Assembly (NCBI GenBank): GCA_963662465.1
Contig: OY759599.1
Coordinates: 3,904,001 to 3,968,000, forward strand
Source: Desulfatiglandales bacterium
GTDB lineage: Bacteria; Desulfobacterota; DSM-4660; Desulfatiglandales; Desulfatiglandaceae
Direction of reading: 5' to 3'
DNA length: 64,000 nt
Below, in pieces: positions 17,868 through 30,825 of the stretch. Positions within the stretch are counted from its first letter, which is position 1; each line of letters starts with the position of its first letter. A program made the position numbers and the translations under genes. The notes under the pieces were generated by a model that was given only the letters and a program-made list of their open reading frames with translations, had not been told where the DNA came from and searched no databases.

Positions 17868-19130
17868 TCAATCCGCCGACAAAAAGTCGGGGATGGATTC
17901 CCCGCGAACAAGATCCTCAAAGGTTTCCCGTTGCCGAATAATTTCATGGCGGTCGCCCTTTACCATCACCTCGCATACCCGCGGCCTCGAATTGTAGGTA
18001 GACGACATACTAAAGCCATAGGCGCCCGCACTCATGACAGCAATCAAATCCTCCGGCGCCAGGGGTTCCACCCATCTCTCCTTGGCCAGGAAATCACCGG
18101 ACTCACAGATGGGACCGACAATATCGGCTTTCACCTTTTCACCGGGCGTCTGCTTCACGGCTTGTATCCCGTGGTAGGCCCCATAAAGACTCGGCCTCAT
18201 GAGATCATTCATGCCCGCGTCCACCACGAAAAAGTTTTTCTCATGGCTGGTCTTGGTGTAAAGCACTTTTGTGATCAATGCACCGGCATTGCCGACAATG
18301 ACGCGGCCCGGTTCCAGAATCAGGGTCCAATCCGGAGAAGCCAGTTCCGATTTAATGTCGCGGGCATATTCGCCGGGATCAGGCGGCGTCTCATTATCGT
18401 AAGTAATGCCCAGTCCCCCGCCCAAATCCAGATAACGAATTGAAATATTAATATTTTTAAGCTTTGCAATCAGCTCTTTCAGCTTTTTCAGGGCGTCCAC
18501 GAAGGGGCTCGTCTGCGTGAGTTGGCTGCCGATATGGCAGGAAACACCGACCACCGCCAAACCATCCAGAGTGGATGCTTTCTGATACTGCACAAGCGCC
18601 TCCTCGACGCCAATGCCGAATTTGTTCTCTTTAAGGCCCGTGGAGATATAGGGATGGGTCTTGGGGTCCACATCCGGATTGACCCGGATGGAAATACGCG
18701 CCTTTTGACCCAGGCTCAACGCCACCTGATTCAGTTTCAACAATTCCTGGGGGGATTCCACATTAAACATGAGGATCTCCGATGATACCGCATATTCCAG
18801 ATCCGACCGGCTTTTCCCGACCCCTGAAAAGACAATCCTGTCGGGGCTCACCCCGGCCTTCAAGGCCCTGTAGAGTTCACCGCCCGACACGATATCAACC
18901 CCCCCGCCCCGCCGGGCAAACAAAGCCAGAAGCGCCATGTTGGAATTTGATTTCATGGAATAACAGGTCAGGTGTTTCATATCCGAAAAAGCGCCATCGA
19001 AAGCCTCAAAATGCTTTTTCAGCGTTGCGTGAGAATAGACGTAGAAAGGTGTTCCCACCGTCGCGGCAATGGATGATACGGGAACATCTTCACAATACAG
19101 TTCGTTATTTTGGTAGTGGAAGTGATTCAT
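17868..19130 (-). CDS. lysA: Diaminopimelate decarboxylase
   Basis: YSMKSNSN, HPYISTG, HIGSQ, EPGR, GPICESGD; GGAGAG RBS before ATG 19130. Confidence 0.97.
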   Translation of the reverse strand: MNHFHYQNNELYCEDVPVSSIAATVGTPFYVYSHATLKKHFEAFDGAFSDMKHLTCYSMKSNSNMALLALFARRGGGVDIVSGGELYRALKAGVSPDRIVFSGVGKSRSDLEYAVSSEILMFNVESPQELLKLNQVALSLGQKARISIRVNPDVDPKTHPYISTGLKENKFGIGVEEALVQYQKASTLDGLAVVGVSCHIGSQLTQTSPFVDALKKLKELIAKLKNINISIRYLDLGGGLGITYDNETPPDPGEYARDIKSELASPDWTLILEPGRVIVGNAGALITKVLYTKTSHEKNFFVVDAGMNDLMRPSLYGAYHGIQAVKQTPGEKVKADIVGPICESGDFLAKERWVEPLAPEDLIAVMSAGAYGFSMSSTYNSRPRVCEVMVKGDRHEIIRQRETFEDLVRGESIPDFLSAD

Positions 19131-19141
19131 GGGTCTCTCCG

Positions 19142-19208
19142 AGTAACAAGTGAAAAGTGAAGAGTTAATAGTGAAAAGTAACCGCTCTTCACTTTTCACT
19201 ATTCACTT
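19142..19208. repeat. Inverted pair of heptamer tracts (AGTGAAA-like x6 / TTTTCAC-like x3)
   Basis: AGTAACA AGTGAAA AGTGAAG AGTTAAT AGTGAAA AGTAACC then TCTTCAC TTTTCAC TATTCAC. Confidence 0.85.
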
Positions 19209-19714
19209 ATCAACTTGATTCTATCCGATGCGGGACCGAGGCGCCCCTCTTTTTCCATGATCCGCACCGTGACAAAACAGACGCCTTTCTGTTTAAATGC
19301 CGGCAGACGGCACTCGAATTGACGATCATCGATGATCCTGCCTGTAACGTCCCGGAAACTCTTCATTTCAATGGGACATCCTTCACACGGGGGTTGTTCC
19401 GGAGGATACCAGACATAATAGACCCGGCAGCCGGTTATGAGAGATAAAACTTCATCGTCTACTTGAACGACACCCCTAAGGATTACAGATCCATCCTCCC
19501 AGGCGCCTTCCATCTGGTCCACCCTCACCATGGAATCTTTCTCCTGAGACAGAAAAGGCGGCGCCTTTCTCCCGCACCCGGAAAAAATCATCAAGTTGAA
19601 TGCCAGTAACAGAAGACAGACGACGGACGACGGACGACGGCGGGGGGATTTCCGACTTCCGTATCCTGCCCTCTGCCCTCTGTCCTCTGCCCTCTGCCCT
19701 CTGTCTTCCGTCAT
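19199..19714 (-). CDS. Lipoprotein with LptM/YifL-like lipobox, N-terminus built from heptamer repeats
   Basis: FSGCGRKAPP lipobox, CEGCP motif; position upstream of lysA-dapF; ATGA overlap with argH. Confidence 0.75.
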   Translation of the reverse strand: MTEDRGQRAEDRGQRAGYGSRKSPRRRPSSVVCLLLLAFNLMIFSGCGRKAPPFLSQEKDSMVRVDQMEGAWEDGSVILRGVVQVDDEVLSLITGCRVYYVWYPPEQPPCEGCPIEMKSFRDVTGRIIDDRQFECRLPAFKQKGVCFVTVRIMEKEGRLGPASDRIKLISE

Positions 19715-19750
19715 CTGTCCTCTGCCCTCTGCCCTCTGTCTTCCGTCTTC
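19609..19750. repeat. Inverted pair of heptamer tracts (ACGGACG-like x5 / CTCTGYC-like x12) spanning the argH-lipoprotein junction
   Basis: Read directly; includes an exact 32-nt duplication with 35-nt period (19681-19712, 19716-19747). Confidence 0.92.
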
Positions 19751-21120
19751 AACTGCTGTTTCGCCGTTTCGATTTGTCTTTTCACGGCGTCGGGACCGGT
19801 TCCACCGAAAATGTTTCTCCTGCCCACGGTTAATTGAGGATCAAGCCATGCGTAGACATCTTCACCAATCTGCCGGCTGTGGGTCTTCATTTCTTCCAGG
19901 GTAAGTTCATGAAGTTCCTGGTTCTTTTCCATGGCAAACACCACCATTCTACCCACGATTTCATGCGCTTCTCGAAAAGTAATCCCTTTTCCCACAAGAT
20001 AATCGGCCAGGTCCGTGGCCACCAGATAACCTTTCTCCGTAGCTGATTTGAGCGTGTCCGTTTTAAAAGAGACTTCCCCCAGAAGACTGCCCATAACCGT
20101 GAGACACATTTGAACCGTGTCGGCAGCATCGAACAGGGCTTCCTTATCCTCTTGCATGTCCTTGTTATAGCTAAGCGGCAAGCCCTTCATGGTGGTTAAC
20201 AGGCCCATAAGATGCCCATAGGCCCGCCCGGTTTTTCCCCTGATGAGTTCCGGAAGATCCGGGTTCTTTTTTTGGGGCATAATACTGCTGCCGGTGGAAA
20301 ATGCGTCTGAGATCACAATAAAACCAAACTCCTGGGTGGACCAAAGCACCAGTTCCTCACTCAGACGGCTGAGATGCATCATCACCATTGATGCGTTGTA
20401 AAGAAAATCCAAGACAAAATCCCTGTCGCTCACCGCGTCCATGCTGTTCCTGGAGATCCGGTCGAATCCCAACTCTTCCGCAACCATTTCCCGGTCCAGA
20501 TCAAACGTGGCGCCGGCCAGGGCCGCACTGCCAAGCGGCATCACATTGACGCGATCCAGACTTTCCTCAAAGCGGGCATAATCACGGGTTAACATTTCAT
20601 AATAGGCCATTAAGTGATGGCTCAAAAGCACGGGTTGCGCCCGCTGAAGATGCGTATACCCAGGCATCAGCACGTCCAGGTTGTCTTCGGAAAGGCGAAG
20701 AATGGTTTCCTGACAGGTCCTGATAGACCCCATGACCCCGTGAATAACATCCCGCACATACAGCCGGGTATCAAGGGCCACCTGATCGTTTCGGCTTCTC
20801 CCCGTATGGATTTTTTCTCCCAGGGCCCCCACTTTGTCCACCATGGCTTTCTCAACCAGGGTATGGATGTCCTCATAATCATCATCCGATGAAAAGCCGC
20901 CGCGGTCCAGTTCCCGCTTGATCTCACCCAGCGCCACAAGCATGCCCGATGCGTCTTCATCTGAAATAATGCCCTGCTTTGCCAACATGCGGCAATGGGC
21001 AACGCTGCCCTGGATGTCGTAGGCATAGAGCCGCCGATCAAAGCAGATGGAGGCATTGAACATATTGACCAGTGCATCGGTCTCCTGGCTGAAACGCCCT
21101 CCCCATACCATTTTCGTCAT
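19711..21120 (-). CDS. argH: Argininosuccinate lyase
   Basis: [33 protein letters not shown]. Confidence 0.97.
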   Translation of the reverse strand: MTKMVWGGRFSQETDALVNMFNASICFDRRLYAYDIQGSVAHCRMLAKQGIISDEDASGMLVALGEIKRELDRGGFSSDDDYEDIHTLVEKAMVDKVGALGEKIHTGRSRNDQVALDTRLYVRDVIHGVMGSIRTCQETILRLSEDNLDVLMPGYTHLQRAQPVLLSHHLMAYYEMLTRDYARFEESLDRVNVMPLGSAALAGATFDLDREMVAEELGFDRISRNSMDAVSDRDFVLDFLYNASMVMMHLSRLSEELVLWSTQEFGFIVISDAFSTGSSIMPQKKNPDLPELIRGKTGRAYGHLMGLLTTMKGLPLSYNKDMQEDKEALFDAADTVQMCLTVMGSLLGEVSFKTDTLKSATEKGYLVATDLADYLVGKGITFREAHEIVGRMVVFAMEKNQELHELTLEEMKTHSRQIGEDVYAWLDPQLTVGRRNIFGGTGPDAVKRQIETAKQQLKTEDRGQRAEDR

Positions 21121-22337
21121 ACTGATTCCTCAGTTTTAGATTTCAACAGACTCGCAATTTTGAGTCTCAGGCCATTGAGCCGAATAAAGCCTTCGGCGTC
21201 TTGTTGATTGTAAACCTCATCGCCTTCAAAGGTCGCAAAATCCGGGCGATAGAGGGACACATGGGATTTTCTGCCCACCACCATGCAATTTCCTTTGTAC
21301 AGTTTCAGTCGCACCAGGCCGGTCACATTTTTCTGTGTCTCGTCCACGAGGGCCTGAAGCATATCCCGTTCCGGGGAAAACCAGTATCCATTATAGACCA
21401 TTTCGGCATATCGAGGAATCATTGCGTCTCGAATATGCATGGCTTCCCGGTCAACGGTGATGGATTCCATGGCAATATGGGCCGACCTTAAAATAGTGCC
21501 TCCCGGCGTCTCATAAACGCCTCTGGACTTCATGCCCACAAAACGATTCTCCACCATGTCAACGCGACCGATGCCGTTTTTTCCCCCCAGATCGTTCATA
21601 TGGGCCAGAAGGGTCGCAGGCGTCATCTTCTTCCCATCGACGGCCACGGGGTTTCCCTTCTCATAGGCGATTTCCACATAAGTAGGCGCGTCAGGGGCTG
21701 CCTCAGGGGAAACCGATAAAACAAACATGTCTTCCGGCGCTTCATTCCAGGTGTCTTCCAATATCCCCCCCTCGAAACTGATGTGCAGCAGGTTGCGATC
21801 GCTGGAGTAGGGTTTTTCCTTGGTCACGGGAACGGGTATGCCCCTTGAGCGGGCGTATTCCATGAGGTCTTCCCGCCCCCTGAACTCCCATGTTCTCCAT
21901 GGGGCAATAATCTGAAGGGTTGGATCCAGCGCCATGTAAGCCAACTCAAACCGCACCTGATCGTTCCCCTTGCCGGTGGCGCCGTGACTCACGGCATTGG
22001 CGCCCATAAGGCGTGCCACTTCCACCTGTCTTTTTGAAATCAGAGGTCTTGCCAGCGACGTTCCCAGAAGATAGGTGGATTCATAAACAGCGTTGGCACG
22101 CAGTGCCGGCCACACAAAATCGCTTACAAAGTCCTCTTTCAGATCATCCACGACAACATCGTCGGCGCCGGTGGCAAAGGCTTTTTCCTTGATCCCCTCA
22201 AGTTCCTCTCCCTGGCCCAGATCGGCGGCATACGCCACCACGGGACACTGATAGGTTTCCTTCAACCATTTCAAAATAACGGATGTATCCAGACCACCCG
22301 AGTACGCCAGGACAATTTTTTTGATTTTCTCAGCCAC
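21117..22337 (-). CDS. argG: Argininosuccinate synthase
   Basis: [35 protein letters not shown] start 22337. Confidence 0.97.
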   Translation of the reverse strand: MAEKIKKIVLAYSGGLDTSVILKWLKETYQCPVVAYAADLGQGEELEGIKEKAFATGADDVVVDDLKEDFVSDFVWPALRANAVYESTYLLGTSLARPLISKRQVEVARLMGANAVSHGATGKGNDQVRFELAYMALDPTLQIIAPWRTWEFRGREDLMEYARSRGIPVPVTKEKPYSSDRNLLHISFEGGILEDTWNEAPEDMFVLSVSPEAAPDAPTYVEIAYEKGNPVAVDGKKMTPATLLAHMNDLGGKNGIGRVDMVENRFVGMKSRGVYETPGGTILRSAHIAMESITVDREAMHIRDAMIPRYAEMVYNGYWFSPERDMLQALVDETQKNVTGLVRLKLYKGNCMVVGRKSHVSLYRPDFATFEGDEVYNQQDAEGFIRLNGLRLKIASLLKSKTEESV

Positions 22338-23547
22338 GTTTCGTCTCCATGTCGTTGAATATGTTATCAAGCGCTTCCAGCAGAAGATCAATCTCTTCTT
22401 TTTTCACAATCAAAGGGGGTACAAACCGAAGAACCCGTTCCTGCGCGCAAATAATCAGGAACCCTTTTTGCCGGCATGCTTCCACAACGGGGGCGCCAGG
22501 CCCCTCCAACTCCACCCCTATAATGAGACCCAACCCTCTGACCTCTTTAATAAAAGAATGTTTTTCCGCAAGCCTGTTCAACCCCGCCTTGAAGTAATTC
22601 CCCATTTTTTCCGCATGCGCCAACCACCCGTCATCCAGAAGGCTTTTGAGTACGGCCTTTGAAACCGCCGTCGCCAATGGGGTTCCGCCAAAGGTGGTAG
22701 CATGACTTCCCGGCCCAAAGGCCTGGGCCAATTCCTCGGTAGAAAGCATGGCGCCGATAGGGAGTCCATTCCCCAAAGCCTTGGCAAGGGTCATAATGTC
22801 CGGAACAACGCCGTAATGTTCATGGGCAAACAGCTTTCCGGTCCTACCCATTCCCACCTGAACCTCATCAAATATCAGGGCAACGCCCTTTTCGCTGCAA
22901 AGCGCCCTAACGGCTTTCAGGTAACCGGCATCCGGACATACCACACCACCTTCTCCCTGGATGGGTTCCAGCATAACCGCACAGACAGCGTCATCCATTG
23001 CCGTCTCAAGCGCTTTAACGTCATTGAAAGGCACAAAGCGAAACCCCTTCAGCAATGGGTCATACCCCGCCTGAATTTTTTCCTGGCCCGTGGCGGAAAG
23101 GGTGGCCATGGTACGGCCGTGAAAGGAATTTTGCATGGAAATAATCACATGCCTGTTGGGGCCGAATTTTCCCATGGAATACCGACGCGCCAGCTTAATG
23201 GCGGCTTCGTTGGCCTCAGCCCCGCTGTTGCAGAAAAAAATCCGGTCCGCGAAAGAGTTCTCCACCAGCAGTTGGGCCAGTTCCGTCTGGGGTTCGGTAT
23301 AGTAAAGGTTCGACACATGAATCAGTTTTCCAGCCTGTTCCTCCAGAACGCGTCGCACCAGCGGCGAACTATGCCCCAGAGAACAAACAGCAATTCCCGC
23401 TACGAAATCCAGATATTGATTTCCTTCATCATCCCAGACCCGACAACCTTCCCCTCTCACCAGTGTAATGGGAAACCGGCCATAGGTCTGAAACATGTAT
23501 TGGTCCGCTCTGGCCATGGTTGACGTGGCTTCAGGCTCTTTTTTCAT
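22330..23547 (-). CDS. argD: Acetylornithine aminotransferase
   Basis: [37 protein letters not shown]. Confidence 0.93.
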   Translation of the reverse strand: MKKEPEATSTMARADQYMFQTYGRFPITLVRGEGCRVWDDEGNQYLDFVAGIAVCSLGHSSPLVRRVLEEQAGKLIHVSNLYYTEPQTELAQLLVENSFADRIFFCNSGAEANEAAIKLARRYSMGKFGPNRHVIISMQNSFHGRTMATLSATGQEKIQAGYDPLLKGFRFVPFNDVKALETAMDDAVCAVMLEPIQGEGGVVCPDAGYLKAVRALCSEKGVALIFDEVQVGMGRTGKLFAHEHYGVVPDIMTLAKALGNGLPIGAMLSTEELAQAFGPGSHATTFGGTPLATAVSKAVLKSLLDDGWLAHAEKMGNYFKAGLNRLAEKHSFIKEVRGLGLIIGVELEGPGAPVVEACRQKGFLIICAQERVLRFVPPLIVKKEEIDLLLEALDNIFNDMETKRG

Positions 23548-23591
23548 TTTTTCTTTCCTTTCATGGCATTCAAGCGTTTTTACGCCGCAAT

Positions 23592-25876
<2,285 letters not shown>

Positions 25877-25951
25877 ACTTACCTCATGATCAAACATCAA
25901 TAATATCCTCTACTAAAATACACCTGGCCCAAACCCCGTTTCCGGACGATA

Positions 25952-26506
25952 TCACGGTTCCAACTCTAAAACCGTGATATGGTCGTTGGTATACAAACAT
26001 ATGGATGAGGCAATTTTAAGCGACTCCTGAACAATGGCGTCCGCTTCCAGATCCGAATGCACAACCAAGGCCTGGGCTGCCGCCTGAGCGTAGGGCCCAC
26101 CTGAACCGATAGCCGCCACACTCATATCCGGTTCGATAATATCCCCGGTTCCGGATATGATCAGCATATGCTCTTGATCCGCCGCCAACAGCAGCGCTTC
26201 CAATTTGCGAAGTATCTTGTCCGTTCTCCAATCCTTTGCCAATTCCACCGCGGCCCTGACCAGGTTTCCACCGTAGCTTTCAAGTTTTGCTTCCAACCGC
26301 TCAAACAGGTTAAACGCATCCGCCGCAGCCCCCGCAAATCCCACCAGCACCATATCCTGGTACATGAGGCGAACTTTTGAGGCCTTATGTTTCATGATGG
26401 TATCGCCAAGGGTTACCTGGCCGTCTCCCCCCATGACGCATCTACCGTTTTTCCTGACGGCCAAGACGGTCGTTGCCCTTATTTTCCCCCACCCATCATC
26501 TCTCAT
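25952..26506 (-). CDS. hslV: HslUV protease peptidase subunit
   Basis: Short propeptide then TTVLAV, GDGQVT, GFAG, GSGG. Confidence 0.97.
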   Translation of the reverse strand: MRDDGWGKIRATTVLAVRKNGRCVMGGDGQVTLGDTIMKHKASKVRLMYQDMVLVGFAGAAADAFNLFERLEAKLESYGGNLVRAAVELAKDWRTDKILRKLEALLLAADQEHMLIISGTGDIIEPDMSVAAIGSGGPYAQAAAQALVVHSDLEADAIVQESLKIASSICLYTNDHITVLELEP

Positions 26507-26562
26507 TCATCTATCCTCTACATTCATAAAATCCTGAATTGAAAAAAAGGTCCCATTCGGCG

Positions 26563-27492
26563 TCAACCACTGCGCGGATGGGCCTTATCGTAAACTTCCA
26601 TAAGCCGGTCAAGGCTCACATGGGTATATTTCTGCGTCGCAGCAAGACTTTTATGGCCTAGAAGTTCCTGGACGGAACGAAGGTCCGCGCCGCCATCCAG
26701 CAAATGGGTGGCAAAAGTGTGCCGCATACTATGCGGGCTGATCTCTTCCGTCAAACCCGCCAATCTTACATACCGTTTGACAATTCTTCCAATGCTCCGG
26801 GTTGTCAAACGTCCCCCTCGAAAATTCATAAAGAGCGGGTCGCCCCGCCCCGCCGCTGATTTTTTTTTTCGAAACGCACCGGTATCCGCCAGGTACGCCG
26901 CAACAGCCTTCAATGCCTGCCTTCCAATGGGCACAAACCGCTCTTGGCTGCCTTTCCCCATCACTTTCACGAGACGTTGATCGCAATCAATACTGGAGAC
27001 ATTCATCCCCGCCAGCTCAGCAACCCTGATGCCACAGGAATAAAGGACTTCTAAAATAGCCAGATCCCTCAAACCCAACGGTTTTTCCCGGTCAGGCAAT
27101 GCCATCAACCTGAAAACATCATCCACCGGGAGGTAGTTGGGGATATATTTTCCCAATTTTGGGCTTTGTACCCCCACAGCCGGATTAATTTTGATAAACG
27201 CCTCTCTTTCCAGGAAAAGAAACAACGATCGTACAGCGGAGAGTTTACGGGCGATGGTTGAGCGTTTAAGATTCCCATAAAGGCTCCCCACGTATTCTCT
27301 TATGGCGGGACCATCAATCCTTTCAACGTGAAGATCACCCTGTTTTTCTTTCCGGAACCGGGCGCTTTCAGTCGTCAAAAACGACGAAAACTGAGTCAGA
27401 TCAACCCGATAATTCCTCTCCGTATGTTCCGAACACCCTTTTTCATCCCGAAGGTATGTCAAAAAAAGCGTTTTAGCCTCTTCCAGCAACAA
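26563..27492 (-). CDS. xerC: Tyrosine recombinase XerC
   Basis: GIRVAEL, GKG, HSMRHTFATH, VQELLGH, TQKYTH; upstream of hslVU. Confidence 0.9.
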   Translation of the reverse strand: MLLEEAKTLFLTYLRDEKGCSEHTERNYRVDLTQFSSFLTTESARFRKEKQGDLHVERIDGPAIREYVGSLYGNLKRSTIARKLSAVRSLFLFLEREAFIKINPAVGVQSPKLGKYIPNYLPVDDVFRLMALPDREKPLGLRDLAILEVLYSCGIRVAELAGMNVSSIDCDQRLVKVMGKGSQERFVPIGRQALKAVAAYLADTGAFRKKKSAAGRGDPLFMNFRGGRLTTRSIGRIVKRYVRLAGLTEEISPHSMRHTFATHLLDGGADLRSVQELLGHKSLAATQKYTHVSLDRLMEVYDKAHPRSG

Positions 27493-27820
27493 GGTGGATC
27501 CCCCCCAAACGATTCTTTTTATCGAGGCCCTGATTTCACAATCTTAAAGAATAACACATTTCCCAAGATTGGCAATTAAAAAAAATGTACCGGAATTCTT
27601 GACTTGACTTTATTTTGCCGGTTGATGTAATTCTTTTATCTTGGTTATTTGCCCTTCTTTTGCTTGGGGTTGTGGGCGCCGTCTTAATCGCTCACCCCGT
27701 TGTAAGCGCGCCACAAAATGAAAAAAGGTGAAAAGTGATGAGGTCCGAGCAAGCGGCTATCTGTAATCGTAATAAAACCAAACCATACATGCAATGAAAT
27801 TGATCAGGAGAGGGTTCTAA

Positions 27821-29899
27821 ATGGAAAAAAAGGCTGAACAATTGAGAAATGCTGCTCTCATAGCGCATGGGGGCTCAGGGAAAACATCTCTGGCGGAAGC
27901 AATGCTGTTTAACGGAAAAGCCACAACCCGGCTTTGCAAAGTAGATGACGGCGCTTCCAACCTTGATGTTGAACCGGAAGAAATCAAACGGAAATCCACC
28001 CTGACCACCGCATTTCACCACTGCACCTGGAAAAAACACACCATCAATATCATCGATACGCCGGGTGATGATAATTTCCTTTCCGATGCCAAATTTTCCT
28101 TGCAGGCCGCTGATGGTTCGGTGGTGGTAATTGACGCCACGGCAGGCGTAAAAGTCGGTACGGAAAAGGTATGGACCTTTGCCGATGAACAGGAACTCCC
28201 AAAGATTGTTTTTATCAATAGAATGGATCGTGAGCGGGCGGATTTTTTTCAGGTGGTGGATGAGCTCAGCCAAACCTTTGAGATCAAAGCCACTCCCGTG
28301 GTCATTCCCATCGGCGAAGAAGACCGTTTTTCGGGCGTTGTAGACCTCATCAAACAAAAAGCCTATATTTACAGCAAGGACGGCAGCGGCGCCTTTGAAA
28401 CTGCCGACATTCCGGAAGACATGAAAGATACGGCCGATGAGTGGCGCGAAATGATGATTGAAAACGTGGTGGAAATCGATGACGATCTCATGGAAAAGTA
28501 CTTGGAAGGCGAAGAACTGTCCGATAAAGAAATTGAAAAGACCCTGATGCAGGGGATTAAATCCGGATTGCTCACACCCGTTTTGTGTGGATCCGCGGTA
28601 CTCAATATGGGCGTTGCGCAACTGATGGACCTCATTGTGGAAGGTCTTCCCTCACCTCTCGAAAGAAAACCCAAAAAGGGGACACTCCCGGACAGCGACG
28701 AAGAAACGGAAAGGGCGCCCTCCGTCGATGCTCCTTTTTCAGCGCTTGTTTTTAAAACCGTTGCAGATCCATTTGCGGGAAAACTAACCCTGGCAAGGGT
28801 TTTCTCGGGCACGCTTTCCTCGGATTCCACAGTGTACAACGCCAATAAAGACGTTAAGGAAAAAATCGGTCAACTCCTGATCCTGGAAGGAAAGAAACAG
28901 CAAGCCATTGAAACGGTCGGCCCCGGAGACATTGTTGCCATGGCCAAACTTAAGGAAACCGTCACCGGAGATACCCTTTGTTCGGCGGGAGAACCCATCA
29001 TTTACAAACCCATCGAAGGATTGCCATCGGTTATCTCATACGCGGTGGAGGCCAAGGTCAAGGGAAGCGAGGACAAGGTATTCACCTCGTTTGCCAAGCT
29101 CCTGGAAGAGGACCCCACCCTCAAACTGGGCAGGGATCAGGCCACGGGCGAAGTGATCCTGTCCGGCACGGGACAGATCCACCTGGAAATTGCCTGCGAA
29201 AAATTAAATCGAAAATTCGGTGTGGAAGTAAACCTGAATCCGGTGAAAGTGCCCTACCGGGAGACCATCAAAAAATCCGCCAAAGGGGTTGTCTACCGTC
29301 ATAAAAAACAGTCGGGCGGCAGGGGACAATTTGCGGAAGTCCATTTCGACGTCATGCCGCTGAAACTGGACTCAGGCTTTGAGTTCATGGAAGATTTGAC
29401 CGGCATGAACGTGCCCCGAAATTTTGTGCCCGCCGTTGAAAAAGGCCTTGTGGAATCTTTAGACAGCGGCGCCTTAGCCGGTTACCCGGTGGTGGACCTG
29501 AAGGTCAGGTTTTACGACGGCAAGTCCCATGATGTGGACTCCTCGGAGATGGCCTTCAAAATCGCGGCCCGCATGTGTCTTAAAAAAGCCATGCAGCAAG
29601 CTAATCCCACCCTCCTTGAACCCATCAAAAAAATGGAAATAACCGTCCCCGAGGAGTTCATGGGCGACGTTATGGGTGATCTCAACAGCCGGCGCGGCAA
29701 GGTGCTGGGCATGGACGCCAAAGGGAAATACCAGGTGATCAAAGCACAGGTTCCCATGTCCGAAGTGTTGAGATACGCCTTGGACCTCAATTCCATTACC
29801 GGGGGAAGAGGAACATTCGTGATGGAGCATTCCCATTACGAGGAACTGCCGGCCCAGCTGGCGGAAAAGGTGATTGCCGCGTCTCAGGTTGAAGAGTAA
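27821..29899 (+). CDS. fusA: Elongation factor G paralogue (EF-G2 type)
   Basis: Full five-domain EF-G (KKQSGGRGQ, HDVDSSEMAF) with variant G motifs AHGGSGKT, DTPGDDNF, NRMD; not in the str operon. Confidence 0.92.
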   Translation: MEKKAEQLRNAALIAHGGSGKTSLAEAMLFNGKATTRLCKVDDGASNLDVEPEEIKRKSTLTTAFHHCTWKKHTINIIDTPGDDNFLSDAKFSLQAADGSVVVIDATAGVKVGTEKVWTFADEQELPKIVFINRMDRERADFFQVVDELSQTFEIKATPVVIPIGEEDRFSGVVDLIKQKAYIYSKDGSGAFETADIPEDMKDTADEWREMMIENVVEIDDDLMEKYLEGEELSDKEIEKTLMQGIKSGLLTPVLCGSAVLNMGVAQLMDLIVEGLPSPLERKPKKGTLPDSDEETERAPSVDAPFSALVFKTVADPFAGKLTLARVFSGTLSSDSTVYNANKDVKEKIGQLLILEGKKQQAIETVGPGDIVAMAKLKETVTGDTLCSAGEPIIYKPIEGLPSVISYAVEAKVKGSEDKVFTSFAKLLEEDPTLKLGRDQATGEVILSGTGQIHLEIACEKLNRKFGVEVNLNPVKVPYRETIKKSAKGVVYRHKKQSGGRGQFAEVHFDVMPLKLDSGFEFMEDLTGMNVPRNFVPAVEKGLVESLDSGALAGYPVVDLKVRFYDGKSHDVDSSEMAFKIAARMCLKKAMQQANPTLLEPIKKMEITVPEEFMGDVMGDLNSRRGKVLGMDAKGKYQVIKAQVPMSEVLRYALDLNSITGGRGTFVMEHSHYEELPAQLAEKVIAASQVEE

Positions 29900-29909
29900 G
29901 GGCGCAATA

Positions 29910-30428
29910 ATGGAAAATAAGATCAGGGCAGGTGTTCTCACCATCAGCACCAAAGGGGCGGCAGGCCTCCGAAATGATGAGAGTGGCGAAGCGGTCCGGC
30001 GCATGCTGGAGGATCAAGGATTTGCGGTGATTCGAAAACATATCATTCCGGACCAACTTCAAGAAATCGCTGATACCCTCATAACCTGGGTGGATGAGCA
30101 CAGCCTTGCCCTGATCGTCACATCAGGGGGCACCGGCCTGAGCCCCAACGACGTGACGCCTCAGGCCATGGAAAAGGTGATCGATTTTCCGGTGCCCGGC
30201 ATGGCCGAGGCCATGCGGGCGGAAAGCCTTAAAAAAACCCCCCATGCCATGATTTCAAGGGCAGTGGTGGGGGTTCGGAAAAATTGTCTCATCATCAACC
30301 TTCCGGGGAGTCCCAAAGGCGCCATGGAAAATCTTTCGGTGGTATTGCCGGCCCTCAGTCACGGTCTTGCGAAACTGGGCGGCGATACTTCGGATTGTGT
30401 TCCCCAATCCCAGCCCAATAACAAATAG
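29910..30428 (+). CDS. Molybdopterin adenylyltransferase MogA/MoaB family
   Basis: DESG, TSGGTG, DVTP, SRAVVG, NLPGSP. Confidence 0.92.
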   Translation: MENKIRAGVLTISTKGAAGLRNDESGEAVRRMLEDQGFAVIRKHIIPDQLQEIADTLITWVDEHSLALIVTSGGTGLSPNDVTPQAMEKVIDFPVPGMAEAMRAESLKKTPHAMISRAVVGVRKNCLIINLPGSPKGAMENLSVVLPALSHGLAKLGGDTSDCVPQSQPNNK

Positions 30429-30470
30429 CGTTCCGGGCTATTGCAAACCATTCATGGAGGTTATCCCTTA

Positions 30471-30818
30471 ATGGCGTTCGTTACATCTGAAACACCGAAT
30501 GGAAAAGTGGTTATCGTAGAGGGTCCCGACAGGCTGGCGGCAAACATTTCGGACGATTTCAGAAAAATGATCAATGACCTCGTGGACCAGGGAAAAACGC
30601 GCCTGGTCATTGATATGGAAAAAACGGATTTCATGGATTCCAGCGGACTTGGGGCACTGGTTTCCCGCATCGCCGCCACCCGCGCCAACCACGGGGACGT
30701 CCGTCTGGCAGCCCCATCGCCCTTTATCCTCAATCTCCTTAAAATGACCCATCTGGACAAAGTATTTAAATGCTTTGACGATGTTGCATCCGCCATTCTG
30801 AGCTTTGACCAGGGCTGA
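30471..30818 (+). CDS. STAS-domain anti-sigma factor antagonist
   Basis: FMDSSGLGALV motif; GGAGG RBS. Confidence 0.9.
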   Translation: MAFVTSETPNGKVVIVEGPDRLAANISDDFRKMINDLVDQGKTRLVIDMEKTDFMDSSGLGALVSRIAATRANHGDVRLAAPSPFILNLLKMTHLDKVFKCFDDVASAILSFDQG

Positions 30819-30825
30819 TAAAAAA

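Noticed and set aside
26563..27492. Mobile-element integrase
   Set aside because: Sequence and position before hslVU fit chromosomal XerC
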